Shown one piece after another: positions 33,865 through 39,405 of a stretch of 39,405 nucleotides of DNA (positions are counted from its first letter, which is position 1; every line of letters begins with the position of its first letter). Made by a program: the position numbers and the translations under genes. The notes under the pieces were generated by a model that was given only the letters and a program-made list of their open reading frames with translations, had not been told where the DNA came from and ran no database searches. The stretch comes from Spirochaetaceae bacterium (GTDB lineage: Bacteria > Spirochaetota > Spirochaetia > Treponematales > Breznakiellaceae). The stretch lies in the NCBI GenBank assembly GCA_031278935.1, contig JAITJK010000003.1:1-39405 (forward strand), given 5' to 3'.

Positions 33865-36066
33865 ATGCAGTCAGTGGAATTACTTGCCCCTGCAGGGTCC
33901 CCGGAAGCCCTGGACGCGGCCATAGGCGAGGGCGCCGACGGGGTCTACCTGGGGCTTAAGACGTTTAATGCCCGGATGCGGAGCGCCAATTTTACCTACC
34001 CTCAATTTGAAACCGCCTTGCAGCGCCTGCACCGTATGGGCCGGAAGGTCTATGTAACGGTAAACACGGTCTTTGAACAACGGGAAGCGGACCGACTCTA
34101 TCAGCTCCTGCGCTATTTGGCCGCCTTGGGGCCGGATGCCCTGATCATTCAAGACCTGGGGCTTATACGCCTCGTCCGGGAGTATGTCCCTTCCTTAAAA
34201 CTCCACGCTTCCACCCAGATGAACGTCGCCTCCAGCCGAGGGGTGAATCTGCTTTCTAAATACGGCCTCTCCCGGGTGGTGCTGGCCCGGGAGCTGAGTC
34301 TTGAGGAAATCCAGGATATCCGCAGTCATACCAACATGGAGTTAGAGGTCTTTGTGCACGGCGCTTTATGTGTCAGTGCTTCGGGACTATGTCTGTTTTC
34401 CAGTTACCTGGGTGGCAAGTCCGCCAATCGGGGGATGTGTACCCAGGGCTGTAGGCGTTCCTTTAGGCCCGGCGGCCCTGAGGAGGCCCCGGCGAGGGGG
34501 GGCTATTATTTCAGCCCCTCGGACCTCCAGCTCTTTGAACAGGTCCCGGCCTTAGCCGCCGCTGGGGTTCACGCCTTCAAGATCGAGGGCCGTATGAAAA
34601 GCGCGGACTATGTGGGCGCGGTGGTGTCCGCCTACCGTAAGCTCATAGACGCCCTCTCCGGGAACGAGGCCCAGATCCATGAGGCCCTGACCCGGGGGCA
34701 GGCGATTTTACGCCAGGATTTCGCCCGGGAAAAGACGACCTTCTATGCCTTTACCCCCACCCAGGCTGGGCCTGCCGTTCCAGTAGCCTGGCTTCAGGCG
34801 GACCGGAACGGCGGAACCGGCATTCCCTTAGGCAGGATTCTCAAGGTGCAAGGAGCCGGCGCAGATCGTCGGGCCCTCATCCAGGGTGGGGATCCGCTGC
34901 CTGGTTTGGGGGACTCGGTGCGCTTCCATCGGGCGGATGACCGGGACCGGGAGTCCCACAAGTTACGTTTTATGCAGGAGGCCCCCCAGCAGGGGCCGCG
35001 GATGTGCTGGATTTCCCTGCCCCCAGGTTTTGAGACCGGGGATGCGGTGTACCTCATCCAGCGCAAGGAGCTGTCCAAAGGCTATACTCCGGTAATCCCT
35101 TCGGGGAGGAAAGGCGGGCGCAGGCAGCCCGGCTGGGAACAGGCCCCGGAGCTCAGGCTCCCCAAGGTCTCCAAGGTCCAGCGAAGCCTTTTTCCCGAAG
35201 GGCTGTACCTCGCGGTTTCTCGGCTGGAGGACCTGTATCTCCTCCAAGCCTCCCATCCAGCGCGGGTTATGCTGCACTATACCCGCAAGACCGCCGCTGC
35301 GCTGCTGGGGCCTACGCCGCGCTTGCCTTTTAAGAGCCCGGAGATTATCCTCGTTTTGGACCCCTACTTTCCCCAGGCCCTGAGCCGTCTTTTTGAGGAA
35401 GAAATCCCCGCGCTTATGCAGGCAGGGTATCGGCAGTTTGTGGTGAATAACCTGGGCCACTGCCCCTACTTTCGCGGGACCCAGGCCGCGTTGATTGCCG
35501 GTCCCTATCTCTACAGCTTTAACCGCTGGGCTCAGGCCTTTCTTTCTGGCCTGGGCTTAGATTATGCCGTTACGCCCCTGGAGAATAACCGGCAGAACCT
35601 GGAACGGACCGTAGAACCCCCGCGGCGGCCCTTTACGTTTATAACTCTTTTTGCCTACCCCGCACTTTTCCGCATCCGGGCGGACCTAGGGGCGACCTAC
35701 GCCTTCAGGCGTTTTACCGATTCCCGGGACGCCTCTTTCACCCTTATCAACAACCGCGAGGGATCTCTGCTGATTCCGGACCAGCCTCTTTCCCTGGTTG
35801 ATAAGCTGCCTTTTCTTGAGGCTGCGGGTTTTAGCCGGTTCATTCTGGACCTTTCAGGCCCTCCGCTGAAGAAAGGGGTGTACCAGGACCTGATGCGGGG
35901 GGTAAAGAACGCCCAACCCCTAGCCCACACCAGCCGCTTCAACTGGAAAAATGGCTTTTCCTCCCCGCCAGCGGGTTTAAAGTCCCTGACTGGCCGTGAT
36001 AGTGAGGGTTTGAGGGTCAGACCTCTGGAACCGAACCCCATCCCTGGGAACAAAGTCACCCTATAA
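33865..36066 (+). CDS. Peptidase U32 family protein (long form)
   Basis: The U32 signature EVFVHGALCVSASGLCLFSS is present in the 733-aa product. The last ~18 codons read through a GAGGGTCAGACCTC repeat copy. Confidence 0.85.
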   Translation: MQSVELLAPAGSPEALDAAIGEGADGVYLGLKTFNARMRSANFTYPQFETALQRLHRMGRKVYVTVNTVFEQREADRLYQLLRYLAALGPDALIIQDLGLIRLVREYVPSLKLHASTQMNVASSRGVNLLSKYGLSRVVLARELSLEEIQDIRSHTNMELEVFVHGALCVSASGLCLFSSYLGGKSANRGMCTQGCRRSFRPGGPEEAPARGGYYFSPSDLQLFEQVPALAAAGVHAFKIEGRMKSADYVGAVVSAYRKLIDALSGNEAQIHEALTRGQAILRQDFAREKTTFYAFTPTQAGPAVPVAWLQADRNGGTGIPLGRILKVQGAGADRRALIQGGDPLPGLGDSVRFHRADDRDRESHKLRFMQEAPQQGPRMCWISLPPGFETGDAVYLIQRKELSKGYTPVIPSGRKGGRRQPGWEQAPELRLPKVSKVQRSLFPEGLYLAVSRLEDLYLLQASHPARVMLHYTRKTAAALLGPTPRLPFKSPEIILVLDPYFPQALSRLFEEEIPALMQAGYRQFVVNNLGHCPYFRGTQAALIAGPYLYSFNRWAQAFLSGLGLDYAVTPLENNRQNLERTVEPPRRPFTFITLFAYPALFRIRADLGATYAFRRFTDSRDASFTLINNREGSLLIPDQPLSLVDKLPFLEAAGFSRFILDLSGPPLKKGVYQDLMRGVKNAQPLAHTSRFNWKNGFSSPPAGLKSLTGRDSEGLRVRPLEPNPIPGNKVTL
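36012..36025. repeat. Degenerate copy of the GGGGTCAGACC palindrome
   Basis: GAGGGTCAGACCTC lies within the 3' tail of the U32 ORF and encodes ..LRVRPL... Confidence 0.65.
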
Positions 36067-36100
36067 GTACCTAGACCCCACAAGGTGGAGGACCGGTTTA

Positions 36101-36167
36101 GCCCTAACCTCACGGCATCCCAATATGCCTCCATGGCAGATGGTCCATGGCAGATGGCTAGCGGTGG
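36101..36167 (+). repeat. Full copy of the intergenic repeat with a tandem CCATGGCAGATGG duplication
   Basis: GCCCTAACCTCACGGCATCCCAATATGCCTCCATGGCAGATGG is followed by tCCATGGCAGATGGcTAGCGGTGG. It covers the stop and last codons of the HAD gene on the opposite strand. Confidence 0.85.
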
Positions 36168-36985
36168 CTTTGTAGAACCTGTTCTATCACTTTAATCACC
36201 CCGAAGTTGTCGTTGGAATCCGCCAAAAACCGTGCATATTGGCGCATATCCTCAGGGGCATTGGCAACGATATAACTATAGTGTACCGATTGCAGCATTT
36301 CTTTATCGTTGTAATGGTCCCCAAAAGCCATCATCTGTTCCGTCCTAATGCCTAAGCGTGCCCCGAGGGTCTGTAGGGCTTTGCCTTTATGGACGCCAAA
36401 GTTCATAATATCAATCCAGACCGTATCCCCTAGAGTTACCGAAAAATCCCCGCCGTATTTCGCCTTAAAGTGGGTTTCATACCACGTTTTACTATTCTTT
36501 TGAGGGAAATACACGGTAAATTTATTCGCTTCTACGGCCAGATCAGCGAGATTCGATACAAAGGTGATTTTTGAGTAAAAATACCGTAAATATGCCTCAT
36601 ACCGCCGGTGTTGTTCCGGCGCGTAAGCCTCGGTCATGCCGCAAAGAATCGGGATTCCGTCGGTCTCGTCCTGTACGAAACGAATCATCTCGTGGTAGGC
36701 CCCAACCTTCAAGAGGTCCCTAAACAGCATGGTTCCCTTATGGCTTATAAGTCCGCCGTTGTCGCTGATAAAACTCATATGCGGGATGAGGGACGCAAAA
36801 AAGGCTTCTAGGGTATATAAGGCCCGGCCGCTGGCAATAACCACCGTAATACCCAAGGCGTCCAAGGCTGGCACACAGCGGTTAAAATCTGGAGGCAATG
36901 CCCCTTGGCTCGTAAGCAGGGTGTTATCCATATCTGCGGCAATGAGCCGTATACCCCGCAAGGCTTTCTCATCAGGACTCTTCAT
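36158..36985 (-). CDS. Cof-type HAD-IIB family hydrolase (sugar-phosphatase-like)
   Basis: Motif I is IAADMDNTLL and motif IV is AFGDHYNDKEM. The length of 275 aa is typical of the Cof subfamily. Confidence 0.85.
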   Translation of the reverse strand: MKSPDEKALRGIRLIAADMDNTLLTSQGALPPDFNRCVPALDALGITVVIASGRALYTLEAFFASLIPHMSFISDNGGLISHKGTMLFRDLLKVGAYHEMIRFVQDETDGIPILCGMTEAYAPEQHRRYEAYLRYFYSKITFVSNLADLAVEANKFTVYFPQKNSKTWYETHFKAKYGGDFSVTLGDTVWIDIMNFGVHKGKALQTLGARLGIRTEQMMAFGDHYNDKEMLQSVHYSYIVANAPEDMRQYARFLADSNDNFGVIKVIEQVLQSHR

Positions 36986-37042
36986 AGTCCTCCTCCTCTA
37001 GAACTCAGGTTATCTAACGTAACGGTAGGAACCGTATCATTC

Positions 37043-38152
37043 CTAGCTCTCCAGGCGATTACAGCGGCGTAAGAGTAGTAGATCCGCCAGAACCAAGGCG
37101 GTCATGGCCTCCACCACCGGAACCGCTCGGGGAACCATGCATACGTCGTGGCGGCCCTGGATGATAAGCTCCCGGATTGCCCCCCGGCGATCCACGGTCT
37201 GTTGAAGCTGGCCAATAGACGGTACCGGTTTGAAAGCTACCCGGAATTCCAGAGGCATCCCCGTGGCGATCCCTCCCAGAACACCCCCGGCCTGGTTTTC
37301 CGGATACGCGAGCCCTGGTACGCCGGGAGGAAGCGGCGAAATCTCCACCGGAACCGGCCGGTCGTTCAGAGCAGAACCCCGGCCCTGGGCTGCGGCGAAA
37401 CCCGCGCCGAACTCAATGCCCTTAGCCGCCCCCAGAGACAGCATGGCCATGGCCAGCAGGGCGTCCAGTTTTCCAAAGACCGGCTCCCCCAACCCCGGCG
37501 GAAGGCCCTCTACCCGGCAGGAAACCGTACCCCCGGCACTGTCTCTTTCCTTGCGGATGGCTTCAATCACCGTAAGTACCTGGGCAGCGGTTTCTCGGTG
37601 GGGGATACGCAGGGGATTTTTCTCCCCTTCTTCCAGATCGAACCCCGGATCCTCCGGCCCCGGAACCAGGATCCCTGCGACCTGGGAGGTCCATGCCCGG
37701 ATCGTGATGCCGTATTCCCGCAGCAGGGCCTTAGCCACGGCCCCCGCAGCCACCCGCCCAAGGGTTTCCCGGCCTGAGGTCCGTCCTCCACCTCGGTGAT
37801 CCCGGATCCCGTACTTGGCCTCCCAGGTCCAGTCCGCATGACCGGGCCGGTACAGGTCCCGGAGGTCCTCGTAATCCCCGGAACGCTGGTTGGTATTCCG
37901 CACCACGATGGCAATAGGGGTTCCCAGGGTCTTGCCCTCAAAAACGCCGGAAAGGAGTTCCGGGAGATCCGCTTCCTGCCGGGTGGTGGCGGTGCCCCCC
38001 CCCCCGGGCCGCCGCCGCGCGAGCTCCCGACGGATTACATCGGTCTCCAAGGGAATACCCGCAGGGCACCCGGCCACCACGCAGCCTAGGGCAGGACCAT
38101 GGGATTCTCCAAAAGTCATAACCCGAAAGATCCTGCCAAACTGATTTCCCAT
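37043..38152 (-). CDS. aroC: Chorismate synthase
   Basis: FRVMTFGESHGPALGCVV, GRHDVCMVPRAVPVVEAM and the 369-aa length fit chorismate synthase. It contains an 11-nt C/G homopolymer at 37995-38005. Confidence 0.95.
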   Translation of the reverse strand: MGNQFGRIFRVMTFGESHGPALGCVVAGCPAGIPLETDVIRRELARRRPGGGGTATTRQEADLPELLSGVFEGKTLGTPIAIVVRNTNQRSGDYEDLRDLYRPGHADWTWEAKYGIRDHRGGGRTSGRETLGRVAAGAVAKALLREYGITIRAWTSQVAGILVPGPEDPGFDLEEGEKNPLRIPHRETAAQVLTVIEAIRKERDSAGGTVSCRVEGLPPGLGEPVFGKLDALLAMAMLSLGAAKGIEFGAGFAAAQGRGSALNDRPVPVEISPLPPGVPGLAYPENQAGGVLGGIATGMPLEFRVAFKPVPSIGQLQQTVDRRGAIRELIIQGRHDVCMVPRAVPVVEAMTALVLADLLLLRRCNRLES

Positions 38153-38158
38153 AGCGTC

Positions 38159-39088
38159 CTATACCCCTTCCAGTTCCGCCAAGGTCGGCGGATTCGCCCC
38201 AGACCGGGTACACACCAGCGCTGCGGCTTTATTGGCAAACGCCAGGGCCTGGGCCAGTTCATCCTCGGTTAAGGCGGCGACGAGGTCCGGGGCAAGATGC
38301 TCGTACAGGGCGAGCCAAGCAACGAAAGCTCCGTGAAAGGTATCCCCTGCGCCGATGGTATCCACCACGGGAACGGACCGTCCCGCCGTCTTCACCCGCA
38401 GGATCTCGTCATCTTCCTTCCGCAGCAGGGCCACCGCCCCAGCAGACCCGTGAGTGAGCAGCACTAAGCGGACCCCCAGGCTTAAGGCCCGGCGCAGCGC
38501 GGTTGGGAGGTCCTGATCCGGGTAGATATAGGCCAGATCTTCGGCAGAGACCTTAAGGATATGCACCGCCTTGAGCCAGCCTTCAAACCGGCGGATATAG
38601 GCCTCCCGGTCAGGGATCATGAAGGGCCGGATATTGGGGTCCAAGGAGATGAGCCGCCCCGCGCTCCCTGCGTACTCCCGGAAGATCACGGACTCAATGG
38701 CCGAGGCGCTGGGCTCCATGGTCATGGCAATGGAACCAAAGAGGAGGCACCGGACCGCGTCCGGCAGGGGATTCGGCATATCCTCTGGGCACAGGGACCG
38801 GTCTGCGGTTCCCTGGGTATAGAAGCTATACTCCGGCCCTTTGCCGGATGGGAGATGGACAAAGGCCAAAGTGGTAGGCTCAGGGGAGCGGATAAGCAGG
38901 TCCGTGTATACCTGGTTTTGCCGGAGCGTGGCTACCAAACGTTCTCCAAAGAAATCCCGGGACAGCCGCCCCAGGAACCGCACCCGTACGCCTAATCGCG
39001 CAATCGCCAAGGCCGTGTTAAAAGGACTCCCCCCCGGAATGGGCAGGGACACCATATCCATCAACGCTTCACCGCAGCATACTATCAT
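38159..39088 (-). CDS. PfkB-family carbohydrate kinase (fructokinase-like)
   Basis: PfkB signature 2, VVDTIGAGDTFHGAF, is present in the 309-aa product. AAGGAG lies upstream, and the stop is 6 nt before the aroC start. Confidence 0.85.
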   Translation of the reverse strand: MIVCCGEALMDMVSLPIPGGSPFNTALAIARLGVRVRFLGRLSRDFFGERLVATLRQNQVYTDLLIRSPEPTTLAFVHLPSGKGPEYSFYTQGTADRSLCPEDMPNPLPDAVRCLLFGSIAMTMEPSASAIESVIFREYAGSAGRLISLDPNIRPFMIPDREAYIRRFEGWLKAVHILKVSAEDLAYIYPDQDLPTALRRALSLGVRLVLLTHGSAGAVALLRKEDDEILRVKTAGRSVPVVDTIGAGDTFHGAFVAWLALYEHLAPDLVAALTEDELAQALAFANKAAALVCTRSGANPPTLAELEGV

Positions 39089-39133
39089 CTATATCTCCTT
39101 ACCGTGTAGTTACCATTCGCCCTGGAGGTCATT

Positions 39134-39144
39134 GGGGTCAGACC
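39134..39144. repeat. Copy of the GGGGTCAGACC palindrome
   Basis: GGGGTCAGACC lies in the 122-nt gap upstream of the PfkB kinase gene. Confidence 0.7.
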
Positions 39145-39210
39145 TGGTCGAAGCAATCCTTCGCTTCACGCACAATGATCCGTATGCCCCTTCACAACTT
39201 CAGCGGGACC

Positions 39211-39405
39211 TTACCAGGACAGGGCCGCGCCGATGGCGCCGGCATAAGCCCCCTGGGGCGCGGGGATGAGGGTGAGGCCCAAGGTACGGCCCAGAGTACG
39301 GCGAATACCAGGGCTCTCCGCAAGACCCCCGGTGAGAACCACCGGAGGCTCAAGAGGTATACGCCCGGCGAGGCTCGCGATCCGTCCGGCCATGGCGGAA
39401 ACCAC
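39211..39405 (-). CDS. BadF/BadG/BcrA/BcrD-type ATPase (acyl-CoA dehydratase activase-like): C-terminal end only, gene continues beyond the window
   Basis: PVVLTGGLAESPGIRRTLGRTLGLTLIPAPQGAYAGAIGAAL matches the C-terminal motif of this ATPase family (..TGGvA.N.g....le..lg..v.vp..pq..GAlGAAl). Confidence 0.6.
   Translation of the reverse strand: MVSAMAGRIASLAGRIPLEPPVVLTGGLAESPGIRRTLGRTLGLTLIPAPQGAYAGAIGAALSW

Noticed and set aside
6312-36167. The dispersed repeats considered as a CRISPR array
   Set aside because: The copies are kilobases apart, variable in length and module content, lie in both orientations, and are separated by ordinary genes. No cas genes are present.
37148-37799. Two plus-strand ORFs of 189-209 aa
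   Set aside because: They are antisense to aroC, Pro/Arg/Gly-rich and carry no motifs.

Overview
This is a 39.4-kb, moderately GC-rich, densely coding bacterial chromosomal segment with about 30 genes on both strands. Most genes are core or housekeeping: argG-argH, one tRNA with a CAT anticodon, comEC, rsmA/ksgA, yggS, rluD, an RsmB/NOP2-like methyltransferase, a short DtxR/MntR-type regulator, trxA, a U32 peptidase, a Cof-type HAD hydrolase, aroC and a PfkB kinase. Three carbohydrate modules are interleaved with them. The first is a GH67 alpha-glucuronidase plus a GH3 lipoprotein. The second is a minus-strand malto-oligosaccharide locus: GH13 neopullulanase, a lipoprotein type-I pullulanase, MalE/MalF/MalG-like ABC components and a small membrane protein. 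The third is a separate GH3 beta-glucosidase convergent with a lactonase. I saw no rRNA, CRISPR array, prophage, or recognisable defence or toxin operon. Gene content and loose lipoboxes look like a saccharolytic spirochaete, but the taxon cannot be proven from the sequence alone. The unusual signals are mostly non-genic. (i) A modular ~40-nt intergenic repeat (CCCTAACCACACGGC..CCYAATACGCCTCCAYGGCAGRTGG) occurs in at least 10 full or partial copies, with helically phased GGYARRTGG sub-repeats. (ii) A palindromic 11-13-mer, GGGGTC(A/T)GACCCC, occurs 7 times, always at gene ends or in intergenic DNA. (iii) A lone IS200/RAYT-like Y1-transposase homologue appears to lack the HUH motif, and its 3' end runs into these repeats. 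(iv) The pullulanase gene has one in-frame TAA at a conserved Tyr position and an 18-nt G homopolymer encoding its lipoprotein linker. (v) Two truncated gene remnants abut each other at the left edge. I could not identify a clear multi-gene novel system. The repeat network together with the HUH-less RAYT-like gene and a repeat-flanked coiled-coil/PD-(D/E)XK-like ORF is my best candidate for undescribed biology. All calls come from reading the sequence and ORF translations by eye; no searches were run.
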